From an uncultured Acidobacteriota bacterium (GTDB lineage Bacteria > Acidobacteriota > Thermoanaerobaculia > Multivoradales > UBA5704): a DNA stretch of 64,000 nucleotides. The stretch is taken from contig CAVYRF010000002.1 in assembly GCA_963770895.1 (NCBI GenBank), positions 864,001 to 928,000 on the forward strand, in the 5' to 3' direction. The notes below the pieces were generated by a model that saw nothing but the letters and a program-made list of their open reading frames with translations, made no database searches and was not told the DNA's origin. This document shows, piece after piece, positions 15,466 to 24,433 of the stretch; position 1 is the first letter of the stretch, and each line of letters starts with the position of its first letter. A program made the translations under genes and the position numbers.

Positions 15466-16242
15466 ATGGACGCGACCATGGAACCGATCCTCTGCGCTCG
15501 CGCCGGACATGCGGCGGTGGTGACTCTCAATGGGCCGCCGCTCAACATCCTCGACCTGGCCGCGCTCGGCGCGCTGCGCCAGACCTTGGCCGAGCTGGCG
15601 GCGGACCGCGAGCTGACGGTGGTCATCCTGCGCGGCGCCGGCGAGCGCGCGTTCTGCGCCGGCACCGCCGTCCAGGATCACGCCCCGGACCGGGTGGCCG
15701 ACATGTTGTCCGGCCTGCGCCAGGTGATCGAGCAGGTGCGCGCGCTGCCGGCCCTGGTCATCGCGGCGGTGGCCGGCCACTGCCTGGGCGGCGGCATGGA
15801 GCTCGCCCTCGGCTGTGACATGGTGCTCGCCACCGAGGACGCCCGTTTCGGCCAGCCCGAAGTGGGCCTCGGCTGCTTTCCGCCGGTGGCCACCGCGCTG
15901 TACCCAGCGCTTCTGGGACCCGCGCGGACGCTGGAGCTGCTCGCCTTCGGCAAGGGCATGGATGCCCGCAAGGCCGAACGTCTCGGCCTGGTGCAGCGCC
16001 TGGTACCGGCCGGGCGCCTGGTCGAGGGCTGCGAATCGCTGCTCTCCGAGCTGAGCACCAAAAGCGCCCCCGTTTTGCGTCTAATCAAGCAGGCGGTAGC
16101 CGCCAGCCGCGGCCTGCCGTTCGCCGCGGCCCTTGCCGAAAGCGAGCGCATCTACCTGGAAGAGCTGACGCGCCTCGAAGACATGCGCGAAGGCGTCACC
16201 GCTTTCCTGGAGAAGCGTCCGCCGGTCTGGAAGAATCGCTGA
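15466..16242 (+). CDS. Enoyl-CoA hydratase family (dienoyl-CoA hydratase-like)
   Basis: PPLNIL, FCAG, CLGGGMELALGCD, FGQPEVGLGCFPP. Confidence 0.85.
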   Translation: MDATMEPILCARAGHAAVVTLNGPPLNILDLAALGALRQTLAELAADRELTVVILRGAGERAFCAGTAVQDHAPDRVADMLSGLRQVIEQVRALPALVIAAVAGHCLGGGMELALGCDMVLATEDARFGQPEVGLGCFPPVATALYPALLGPARTLELLAFGKGMDARKAERLGLVQRLVPAGRLVEGCESLLSELSTKSAPVLRLIKQAVAASRGLPFAAALAESERIYLEELTRLEDMREGVTAFLEKRPPVWKNR

Positions 16243-16381
16243 GCCGCGGCCAGCCCCAGGCTGGCGGTCCTCGGCGCTGCTGCGGGCGCGGCCCCGGCCG
16301 GGGTGCGGCAAGGCGGCAGCAGCGCGCGGTACGCGGGCGGGCGTTGGACGTGATCAAGAGACGGACCGACAAGGAGATCTG

Positions 16382-17161
16382 GTGATGGCTGGAACGATCC
16401 TGGAAGAGCGGGAGGGCCGCGTTGCCATCCTGACGTTCAATCGACCCGACAAGCTCAATGCCCTCAACGAAGAAGTGCGCACCGACCTGCTGGCCAGCCT
16501 GGCGGCGCTGGAAGGGGACGACGCGATCGGTGTCGTGGTCGTGACCGGCGCCGGGGACAAATCCTTCATCGCCGGCGCCGACATCGGCGAATTCGCCGGC
16601 CGCACGCCGTTCGATCAGCGGCACGCGATGCGCAGCCCGCGGATCTTCGATGCCATGGCCTCCTTCCCGAAGCCGGTGATCGCCATGATCAACGGCTTCT
16701 GCCTGGGGGGCGGATGCGAAGTGGCGATGTCGTGCGACATCCGCCTCGCGTCCGAAAAAGCGCGCTTCGGCCAGCCTGAGATCAATCTCGGCCTGATCCC
16801 CGGCGGCGGCGGCACGCAGCGCCTCTCTCGGCTGGTCGGCCTCGGCCACGCCATGCGGCTGGTCTTGACCGGCGACATGATCGGCGCCGCCGAGGCGCGT
16901 GACATCGGCCTGGTCGACCTGGTGGTGCCGCACGACGAGCTGCGCGCCCGCACCCTTGAGATGGCGGCCAGGATCGCCGGCAAGAGCCCCCTGACCTTGC
17001 GGGTCGCCAAGGAGGCGGTGCGCGCCGGACAACGGCTCTCGATCGAGGACGGCATCCTCTACGAGCGAGACCTGTTCTGCCTCTGCTTCTCCTCCGCCGA
17101 CAAGGAAGAAGGGGTCAAGGCCTTCCTCGAAAAGCGTCCGGCGCAGTGGCAGGGCCGCTGA
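16382..17161 (+). CDS. Enoyl-CoA hydratase (crotonase)
   Basis: NRPDKLNAL, FIAGADI, GGGCE, GQPEINLGLIPGGGGTQRL. Confidence 0.92.
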   Translation: MMAGTILEEREGRVAILTFNRPDKLNALNEEVRTDLLASLAALEGDDAIGVVVVTGAGDKSFIAGADIGEFAGRTPFDQRHAMRSPRIFDAMASFPKPVIAMINGFCLGGGCEVAMSCDIRLASEKARFGQPEINLGLIPGGGGTQRLSRLVGLGHAMRLVLTGDMIGAAEARDIGLVDLVVPHDELRARTLEMAARIAGKSPLTLRVAKEAVRAGQRLSIEDGILYERDLFCLCFSSADKEEGVKAFLEKRPAQWQGR

Positions 17162-17276
17162 CCCCTGGTCCCTGAGAGATAACGCCAGGCAGGCCAGACC
17201 AAGAACCCTCCGTCGCCGCGGCAGGACGCACGGCATGGGGGTGCAACGGATGCGATGACGTGGAGGGGAGGCTACG

Positions 17277-18455
17277 ATGGAGACGGAGGGGACCCGGGTG
17301 ATGACCGAAACCGAGGATCTGCTGGCGTGGCGCCGGGAGTTCCCGATCCTCGAGCAGACGACCTACCTGATCAACAACTCCCTGGGGGCCATGCCGCGCG
17401 GGGTGCAGGACGAAATGGCGACCTTCATGGCCGAATGGGGGCAGCGCGGAGTCCGCGCGTGGAGCGAGGGGTGGTGGGAAATGTCCGCCACCACCGGCGA
17501 CCTGCTGGCGCCGCTGCTGGGCGTCGGCAAGGGTCAGATCGCCATGCACCAGAACGTTTCGATGGCGGCCGCCGTCTTCTTTTCCTGCTTCGACTACCCC
17601 CCCGAACGCAACCGCATCGTCTACACCGGGCTGAACTTCCCCAACGTGATGTACCTGGCCGAAGGGGAGCGGCGCAAGGGCGCCGAAATCGTCGTGGTGC
17701 CGTCCGACGACGGGATCGGGGTGCCGGTCGAGCGCCTGCTGGCGGCGATCGACCATCGCACGCGGCTGGTCCCCATCTCGCACACGCTGTTTCGCAGCGC
17801 CTTCGTGCAGGACGCCGCCGCCATCGCGCGCCGCTGCCGCGAGGTCGGCGCGATCCTGCTGCTCGACGTCTACCAGTCCGCGGGCGCGGTGCCCCTGGAG
17901 CTCGCCGCCTGGGGCGTGGACGCGGCCGTCGGCGGCTCGGTCAAATGGCTGTGCGGCGGCCCCGGCGCGGGTTTCCTGTGGGTGCGGCCCGACCTCGCGG
18001 GGGAGCTCCAGCCGGCGCTCACCGGCTGGCAGGCCGACAGCGATCCGTTCGCCTTCCGTCCCGGTCCCGTCCACTACGCCGAAACTCCCTGGCGCTTCCT
18101 CACCGGTACTCCCAACGTCCCGGCGCTCTATTCCTGCCGCGCCGGCTACCGCATCGTGGCGGGGGTGGGGTCCAGGCGTATTCGCGAGCGCTCGCTGGCA
18201 CTGACCAGCCACCTGATCGCCGCCGCCGAAAACGCCGGGTTCGAAGTGCGCACGCCGCGCGACCCGGCGCGTCGCGGCGGCACCGTCTCGGTGTGGCACG
18301 AGCGGGCCGAAGCCCTCTGCCGGCAGTTGATCGAGCGCGAGGTGATCTGCGACTATCGGCCCAACGCCGGCATCCGACTTTCGCCTCATTTTTACAATAC
18401 GGAGGCAGAGTGTAGCCATGCCATCGAAACTCTCATTTCCCTGGTCGCTGCGTGA
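17277..18455 (+). CDS. Kynureninase-like PLP enzyme (aminotransferase class V)
   Basis: YLINNSLG, LLDVYQSAG, GGSVKWLCGGPG (PLP Lys), GTP, RLSPHFYN; alternative start at 17301. Confidence 0.8.
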   Translation: METEGTRVMTETEDLLAWRREFPILEQTTYLINNSLGAMPRGVQDEMATFMAEWGQRGVRAWSEGWWEMSATTGDLLAPLLGVGKGQIAMHQNVSMAAAVFFSCFDYPPERNRIVYTGLNFPNVMYLAEGERRKGAEIVVVPSDDGIGVPVERLLAAIDHRTRLVPISHTLFRSAFVQDAAAIARRCREVGAILLLDVYQSAGAVPLELAAWGVDAAVGGSVKWLCGGPGAGFLWVRPDLAGELQPALTGWQADSDPFAFRPGPVHYAETPWRFLTGTPNVPALYSCRAGYRIVAGVGSRRIRERSLALTSHLIAAAENAGFEVRTPRDPARRGGTVSVWHERAEALCRQLIEREVICDYRPNAGIRLSPHFYNTEAECSHAIETLISLVAA

Positions 18456-18579
18456 CCCGTTTTGGCCATGTGAGAGCACCAGACAAAGTAGAAACGTCTT
18501 GCGCAAATGAAGCAGTTGAAGAGTTTATTCCTGCATGGTTAAATATTGATGCGTCGATGAACGGCGGGGGATCAGGGGA

Positions 18580-19587
18580 TTGAGCGTTCGCTACAAGAGT
18601 CTGCTGTCGTCCACCATTGCGCTCTCGGCGATTGCGCTGATCGCGCTCGGCGTGCTGCGGCCCCACCTCAACGCGCAAGTGCAGGAAGTGCTCTGGATCG
18701 CCCTGTCGGCCGGTCTGCTGGCGGGCATCGCGACCTGGATCGCGGTGCGGCGCATCTCGCGTCCCCTGCGGCGGCTCGCGGACGCGATGTCGGTCATGGC
18801 CAAGACCGGGACCCTCCACAGCGATCTTCAGCGCTCGTCCGGCAACCGCGACGTGCGCCTGATCGAGGAGACCTTCCGCACCCTGCTGGTGTCGCTGGTC
18901 GACTCGCAGCGCGCGCGGGAGCGCTCCTACGTCGAAGCGGTGGGCGCCGTGGTCACCGCCGCCGATGCCCGCGACCACGAAACCACCGGTCACTCCTTCC
19001 GCGTCGCCCTCTACGGCATGGCGCTGGCGCGCTCGCTCGGCCTGCCCGCCGACATGCTCAAGGCGATCGAATGGGGCGCCCTGCTGCACGACGTCGGCAA
19101 GATGGCGGTCCCCGACAACATCCTGCGCAAGGAAGGGCCGCTCACCGCCAACGAATGGCACATCATGAAACAGCACCCCACCTGGGGTTTCGACATGCTG
19201 GCCGAGGTGAGCTTCCTGCAGCCCGCGGCGCTCGAAATCGTCTACAACCACCACGAACGCTGGGACGGCCAGGGTTACCCGCGCAAGCTCGCCGGTGAGC
19301 AGATCCCGCTGGCCGCCCGCGTCTTCGCGGTGGTCGACACCTACGACGCCATCACCTCCGACCGCCCCTACCGCCGCGCCCGCAGCCACGGCGCCGCGAT
19401 CGCGGAACTGGAGCGGGTCTCCGGCCAGCAGCTCGATCCCAAGATGGTGACCGCCTTCCGGCGCCTGCCAGAGCTGGAGCTGCGCCAGCTCACCGAGCGC
19501 TGCCGCAAGATCCATCCCGGCCTCAGCCTCCCCGACGACCTGCTGGACTCGCTCACCAACACTCCCCCCGTCGCCATCAGCGGCTGA
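18580..19587 (+). CDS. Membrane-anchored HAMP + HD-GYP cyclic-dinucleotide phosphodiesterase
   Basis: Two N-terminal hydrophobic helices, HAMP-like ISRPLRRL, ETTGHS, LLHDVGK, HHERWDGQGYP; TTG start. Confidence 0.9.
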   Translation: MSVRYKSLLSSTIALSAIALIALGVLRPHLNAQVQEVLWIALSAGLLAGIATWIAVRRISRPLRRLADAMSVMAKTGTLHSDLQRSSGNRDVRLIEETFRTLLVSLVDSQRARERSYVEAVGAVVTAADARDHETTGHSFRVALYGMALARSLGLPADMLKAIEWGALLHDVGKMAVPDNILRKEGPLTANEWHIMKQHPTWGFDMLAEVSFLQPAALEIVYNHHERWDGQGYPRKLAGEQIPLAARVFAVVDTYDAITSDRPYRRARSHGAAIAELERVSGQQLDPKMVTAFRRLPELELRQLTERCRKIHPGLSLPDDLLDSLTNTPPVAISG

Positions 19588-19595
19588 CCGGGGGC

Positions 19596-19743
19596 CTAGT
19601 ACTACTGTGTCACGCCAGCAGAAAAAGCCTGCCAGCGTTGAATTCCACGAAATTTTCAGAAGTATTCAATTGAAATACGCAAAGTACTGAGACAGAATAA
19701 CTTGCACGGCAGCCTGTGCGAGTTTGTGACACTGTAGTACTAG
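19596..19743. mobile_element. AT-rich MITE-like element with IS701-like ends
   Basis: Terminal inverted repeats ctagtactactgtgtcac / gtgacactgtagtactag (17/18), CTAG at both ends, no ORF, AT-rich interior. Confidence 0.7.
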
Positions 19744-19946
19744 TGGCCTGTATCAGAGAAATCGGCAGCGCCTGGCTTGCCCTCGACGGCGGGGGCGGCG
19801 TTGCGACCTGCCGGAAGTGCCGGGACAGGCGACAGCCCCGGCCGCCTCCTCGACATAGGTTCGACTATGCCTGCGTCGGCGCGCCTGGCCCGCGCCGCCG
19901 AATGGCGGCGCCATCCGCCGCCAATTTCACTGATACAGGCCACTAG
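19740..19946. repeat. ~205-bp palindromic repeat element (MITE/REPIN-like), copy 1
   Basis: TIR ctagtggcctgtatcagagaaat / atttcactgatacaggccactag (22/23); internal catag-N6-ctatg hairpin; homologous to 37945..38150. Confidence 0.85.
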
Positions 19947-19966
19947 CCCGGCCCCCCCGCCGCGCG

Positions 19967-19997
19967 GGGCAGGCCAGGCTTTCGATTCGAACAGGAC
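19967..19997 (-). repeat. Fragment of the same repeat family (left end, inverted)
   Basis: gggcaggccaggctttcgattcgaacaggac closely matches the reverse complement of 37955..37987. Confidence 0.6.
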
Positions 19998-20018
19998 CGG
20001 CCGCCGAACGCTGGCGGC

Positions 20019-20981
20019 TCAGGGGATGCCGTAGCGGCGGCGCTTCTCCCACAGGGCTTTGCGGCTGATGCCGAGCAGCTGGGCCGCCTGGCCCTGGTGG
20101 CCGCGGCTGTAGGCGAGGGCGCGGCGGATCTGCTCCCGCTCCACTTCCAGAAGAGGGCGCGGCGCCGGCTCGGCCGTGCCGGGCGGCCAGGATGGGTCGG
20201 CGAGCGGCGGCGGGTCCAGGGTCTGCACGCCGTCCGGCGCGGCGGCGCCCAGGATCAGGCTGCGCTCCAGGACGTTGCGCAGCTGGCGGAGGTTGCCGGG
20301 CCAGGAATGCGCCAGCATCCACTCCGCCGCCGCCGGCGACAGCGCCAGCGCGGGGCGGCCGAAGCGCTCGGCCAGGTCGCGCATCAAGTCGGCGAAGAGC
20401 ACCGGCAGGTCGGCCCGCCGGTCGCGCAACGGCGGCAGGTGGAAGGCGACCACTTCCAGGCGGTAGTAGAGATCGGCGCGGAAGGCGCCGCGGGTCACCC
20501 AATCCGCCAGGTCGTCGGGGCCGATGGCCAGAAACCGGGCGCTGGTGTCGGTCTCGTCGCCGCCCAGCGGGGCGTAGCGTCGCTCGGCCAGGAGGCGCAG
20601 CAGCTTGGGCTGGCTGGCCAGCGGCAGCTCCTCGATGTGGTCGAGGACCAGCGATCCTCCCGCAGCCCGCGCCACGCGGCCTTCGGCATCGCCGGCGGCG
20701 CCGGTGAAGGCTCCGGCGCGATAGCCGAAGAGCTCGCTTTCGAACAGCGCGCTCGGCAGGGCGCCGGGGTCCACTTCGACCAACGGGCCGCCGGCGTGGC
20801 CGCTGGCCGCGTGCAGCGCTCGCGCCAGGCTGGACCGGCCGCTGCCCGGCTCGCCCAGGACGAGGATCGGAGCGTCGGTCGCCGCCGCCCGTTCGACGCC
20901 GCGCAGACACCCTGCCAGGGCCGGGTAGTCGCCGCGCAGACGGTGCAGTGAAAAGGGGAGGGAAACGGGGGCCGGCGCCAC
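20019..20981 (-). CDS. Sigma54-interaction (bEBP) AAA+ / Fis-HTH regulator lacking a sensor domain
   Basis: GEPGSGRS, ESELFG...GAFTGA, FRADLYYRL, WPGNLRQL, C-terminal HTH AAQLLGISRKALWEK. Confidence 0.88.
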   Translation of the reverse strand: MAPAPVSLPFSLHRLRGDYPALAGCLRGVERAAATDAPILVLGEPGSGRSSLARALHAASGHAGGPLVEVDPGALPSALFESELFGYRAGAFTGAAGDAEGRVARAAGGSLVLDHIEELPLASQPKLLRLLAERRYAPLGGDETDTSARFLAIGPDDLADWVTRGAFRADLYYRLEVVAFHLPPLRDRRADLPVLFADLMRDLAERFGRPALALSPAAAEWMLAHSWPGNLRQLRNVLERSLILGAAAPDGVQTLDPPPLADPSWPPGTAEPAPRPLLEVEREQIRRALAYSRGHQGQAAQLLGISRKALWEKRRRYGIP

Positions 20982-21000
20982 TAGTCCCGGGCCACTGGCG

Positions 21001-21384
21001 TCAGGGACGCGGCGTCGCGAACTCTGCGGTCACGTCGGGCGCGTCGCCCCACAACCGTTCGAGCGCGTAGAAGCGGCGCGGCTCTTCCTGGAAGACGTGC
21101 ACCACCAGGTCGCCATAGTCGAGCAGCGCCCACTGGCCGCGGTTGTACCCTTCGACGTGCAGCGGGCGCACCTTCTCACCGCGCAACCGCTCCTGCACGG
21201 CGTCGGCGATCGCCTGGACCTGCCGCTCGCTGCTGCCGCTGCAGATCACGAAGTAGTCGGTGAAGTCGCTCACCTTCTCAAGGTGCAGCACCTTGAGATC
21301 GATCGCCTTGCGATCTTCGGCGGAGACCACCGCCGCTTTCACGCGGCTGGCGGTATCGGGAGCGCTGGAGGGTTGGGCCTTCAT
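21001..21384 (-). CDS. rsfS: Ribosome silencing factor RsfS
   Basis: DRKAIDL..DFTDYFVICSG..WALLDYGDLVVHVF..R.FYALERLW; ATG overlaps the nadD stop. Confidence 0.95.
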   Translation of the reverse strand: MKAQPSSAPDTASRVKAAVVSAEDRKAIDLKVLHLEKVSDFTDYFVICSGSSERQVQAIADAVQERLRGEKVRPLHVEGYNRGQWALLDYGDLVVHVFQEEPRRFYALERLWGDAPDVTAEFATPRP

Positions 21385-22001
21385 CGATACAGACTGTATT
21401 TCTGGATGAATTCTACCACCAATCCAGGCAGCCAGCCGGGCGGCAGCGATTCGCCGCGCGCCAGCAGCTCGCGCACCCGCGTCGAGGAAACTTCGACCTG
21501 GGTCTGCGTCAGGACGTGCACCCGGTCGCTCGCCGCCAGTGCCGCCACCGCGGCCGGCAAGGCGCCGGGCTGGCCGGTCTGCTCGCCTGCCAGGGGGAAG
21601 CCCGGCCGGGCCAGCACCACCAGGCGCGCCGCGGCCACGATGTCCGCGAAGCGAACCCACTGCGGCAGATCGACAAAGGAGTCGCCGCCAAGGATCAGGT
21701 GGAGCTCTGCCTGCGGCAGCTGGCGCTGGAAGTGCTCCAGCGTGTCGATGGTGTAGGCGGGCCGCTCCGGCGTCAGCTCATGGGGCGACACGACCAGGCC
21801 GGGCTCCGCCAGCAGGGCCAGCTCCACCATGGCATAGCGCGCCAGTGCCGGCGCCTGGGCGCCGCCGCGCTTGTGCGGCGCCCTGGCGGTCGGCAGGTAG
21901 ATGACCTGGTCGAGGCCGAGCGCGCGGCGCGCCTGCTTCACCGGCTCGATGTGGCCCCGGTGAATGGGATCGAAGCTGCCGCCAAAAAGGCCGATCTTCA
22001 T
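21381..22001 (-). CDS. nadD: Nicotinate-nucleotide adenylyltransferase
   Basis: GGSFDPIHRGH, YTIDTL, ILGGD, VSSTRVR. Confidence 0.96.
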   Translation of the reverse strand: MKIGLFGGSFDPIHRGHIEPVKQARRALGLDQVIYLPTARAPHKRGGAQAPALARYAMVELALLAEPGLVVSPHELTPERPAYTIDTLEHFQRQLPQAELHLILGGDSFVDLPQWVRFADIVAAARLVVLARPGFPLAGEQTGQPGALPAAVAALAASDRVHVLTQTQVEVSSTRVRELLARGESLPPGWLPGLVVEFIQKYSLYR

Positions 22002-22014
22002 CGGTTCGCCGGCG

Positions 22015-23064
22015 TCACGGCGGGGTGCCCGCCGCCTGGGTCGCGGCGCGTCCCGCCCCTGCCGCCGCCAGGCCGCGTGCCAGCTCCGCCACCAGCTTGG
22101 CGGTCCCCTGCCGCGTCGCCGAGCTGATCGCCAGGTGGGGCAGGCCGCGCGCCGCGGCGGCTGCCGGCAGCTCCGCCAGCCGCTCCGGCAGCGCCGCGTC
22201 GAGCTTGCTGCCGACGATCCAGCGCGGCCGCGCTAGCAGCTCGGGGTCGAACGCTCCCAGCTCGCGCTCGACCGTGGCCAGGTCGTTTTCGAGCGTCGAG
22301 CCGGGCTCTGCCGGCGACGAGAGATCGACCAGGTGCACCAGCAGGCGGCAGCGCTCGACGTGGCGCAGGAACTGGATGCCCAGGCCGGCCCCCTGCGCCG
22401 CGCCGGCGATCAGCCCCGGCAGATCGGCGATGACGAACGGAGTGTCCAGCGGCCCCTCGGCGACCACCCCCAGCTGCGGAATCAGGGTGGTGAACGGATA
22501 GTCGGCGATCTTGGGACGCGCCGCCGAGATGACGCTGATCAGGGTCGACTTGCCGGCGTTGGGCAGGCCGATCACGCCGACGTCGGCCAGCAGCTTGAGC
22601 TCCAGCTGCAGGCGCCGATCCTCGCCGTCTTCGCCGGGCTCGCAGTGGCGGGGCGCCTGGTGCGTCGGCGTGGCGAAGCGCGCGTTGCCGCGGCCGCCGC
22701 GGCCGCCCGCCGCGACGCGCAGTCTGGCGCCGTCGGTCAGGATCTCGCCGATCTGGACGCCGGTGTCGCGGTCGCGCACCTCGGTGCCCAGCGGCACCGG
22801 CACTTCCAGGTCGTCGCCGCTGCGGCCGGTGCGGTTGGACCCTTCCCCATGGCGCCCGCGCTCGGCCGGGTACAACGAGGCGAAGCGCAGGTGGTACAGC
22901 GTGTTGCGGCCGATCTCGCCGACCAGGTAGACGCTGCCGCCGTGGCCGCCGTCGCCGCCGGACGGGCCGCCGCGCGGCACGTACTTTTCGCGCCGGAAGG
23001 CCACGCACCCGTTGCCGCCACGGCCGCCGCGGACCTGGATGGCTGCTTCGTCGAGGAAGATCAA
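22015..23064 (-). CDS. obgE: GTPase ObgE/CgtA
   Basis: Gly-rich Obg domain (FRREKYVPRGGPSGGDGG), GLPNAGKST, YPFTT, DLPG. Confidence 0.97.
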   Translation of the reverse strand: MIFLDEAAIQVRGGRGGNGCVAFRREKYVPRGGPSGGDGGHGGSVYLVGEIGRNTLYHLRFASLYPAERGRHGEGSNRTGRSGDDLEVPVPLGTEVRDRDTGVQIGEILTDGARLRVAAGGRGGRGNARFATPTHQAPRHCEPGEDGEDRRLQLELKLLADVGVIGLPNAGKSTLISVISAARPKIADYPFTTLIPQLGVVAEGPLDTPFVIADLPGLIAGAAQGAGLGIQFLRHVERCRLLVHLVDLSSPAEPGSTLENDLATVERELGAFDPELLARPRWIVGSKLDAALPERLAELPAAAAARGLPHLAISSATRQGTAKLVAELARGLAAAGAGRAATQAAGTPP

Positions 23065-23149
23065 GGGTTGGCGACCGGCGGTTGGCCGCAGGAGCCCGCG
23101 TCACGCGAGCCCCTGCCAACCAGGAAAGTGCGGGTGAAGAGAGCGGCGA

Positions 23150-23455
23150 CTACGATGCCGGCGTCTCGGCCGGGGCCGGAGCAGGCTCGGCCGGGGCGGC
23201 CGCGGCGGTCAGGATGTGCACCACGGTGCCGTGGCGCCCGCGGTTCTGGAACTTGACCACCCCGCCCAGCTTGGCAAACAGCGTGTCGTCCTTGCCCTGG
23301 CCGACGTTGTCGCCCGGGAAGAAGCGGGTGCCGCGCTGGCGGACCAGGATCGTGCCGCCGTTGACCCGCTGGCCGCCGAAACGCTTGACGCCCAGGTGTT
23401 GCGGGTTGGAATCCCGGCCGTTACGGCTCGAGCCCTGCCCTTTCTTATGTGCCAT
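23150..23455 (-). CDS. rpmA: 50S ribosomal protein L27
   Basis: [23 protein letters not shown]. Confidence 0.98.
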   Translation of the reverse strand: MAHKKGQGSSRNGRDSNPQHLGVKRFGGQRVNGGTILVRQRGTRFFPGDNVGQGKDDTLFAKLGGVVKFQNRGRHGTVVHILTAAAAPAEPAPAPAETPAS

Positions 23456-23471
23456 GAGACGGCTCCTTCCC

Positions 23472-23804
23472 TTACGGCAGCTGAATCTCGTCGATGCGCA
23501 CCCGGTGCATGTGCTGGCGATGCCCGCGCGTGCGCCGCTGCGTATTGCGATGCTTATGCTTGAACACCCGGATCTTGGGGCCGGCCGAAACGCCCACCAG
23601 CGACGCCGTGACCAGCGCGCCGCTCACCACCGGGTTGCCGAAGCTGATGTCGTCGCCCGCGCCCCCCACCACCAGCACCCGCTCGAACCGCACCGCCGAT
23701 CCCTTGGCCGCGTCGGGCGCCACCGTATCGAGCAGCTCGACGTCGACCAGGTCCCCCGCTTCGACCCGGTACTGCTTCCCACCGCTTTCGATGACTGCGA
23801 ACAT
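23472..23804 (-). CDS. rplU: 50S ribosomal protein L21
   Basis: [14 protein letters not shown]...GHRQ; start at ATG 23804. Confidence 0.97.
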   Translation of the reverse strand: MFAVIESGGKQYRVEAGDLVDVELLDTVAPDAAKGSAVRFERVLVVGGAGDDISFGNPVVSGALVTASLVGVSAGPKIRVFKHKHRNTQRRTRGHRQHMHRVRIDEIQLP

Positions 23805-23986
23805 AGACGCACTCTCCCAACAAACCCCCAACCGCCCTTAAGGCGTGGGACGCGAAACCCTACCACGCCCCCCGCCCCTCGTCAATCCAGCGAAGAGGGG
23901 TCGCTGCCCAGCCAGGAGGCGGGCAGCGCCCTTGTGGGGGGCTACCCGCACGCCACCTTCCGAGATCGATCCGCCGGTCGCTCTCC

Positions 23987-24433
23987 TCAGCAGATGTCGG
24001 CGAAGGTTGGAGCTGGGCAGTTGCTGTTACAGGTGAAGTACTCGCCGGCGCAGGTGCTATTGGGCTGGCAGGCAGGATGGTTCGTGTAGTAGCAGTTGTA
24101 GCCCGACACCAGCTCGTCGCACACGGCGCAACCGTTGCCACGACAGCCGGACCACTGGCCGGTAGTGCCGTTGCATTGCAGGTCGCTCGAGGACGGGGTA
24201 GGGCAGTTGGCATTGCATTCGAAGTAGAGGCCGTCGCAGGTGGTGTTGGGAGTGCAGGCCGCATGGTTGATGAAGTAGTACGGATAGGATTCGACAAGCT
24301 CCCAGCACACGGCACAACCGTTGCCGCGGCACCCGGCCCACTGCCCGGACGTGCCGTTGCAGGTCTGCGCGTGGGCTAGGACGGAAAAGAACGTTCCGAC
24401 GCAGAACAAGGTCGCGATGCAAAGCTTGCTCAT
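23987..24433 (-). CDS. Secreted cysteine-rich protein with two ~62-aa tandem repeats
   Basis: RBS ggagg, signal peptide MSKLCIATLFCVGTFFSVLAHA, repeats CNGT(S/T)GQW(A/S)GCRGNGCAVC...CN(A/S)NCP. Confidence 0.85.
   Translation of the reverse strand: MSKLCIATLFCVGTFFSVLAHAQTCNGTSGQWAGCRGNGCAVCWELVESYPYYFINHAACTPNTTCDGLYFECNANCPTPSSSDLQCNGTTGQWSGCRGNGCAVCDELVSGYNCYYTNHPACQPNSTCAGEYFTCNSNCPAPTFADIC

Noticed and set aside
19716-20034. Short ORFs over the repeat elements (19716..19946, 19740..19943, 37945..38160)
   Set aside because: They are translations of the palindromic repeat itself, with no transposase motifs.
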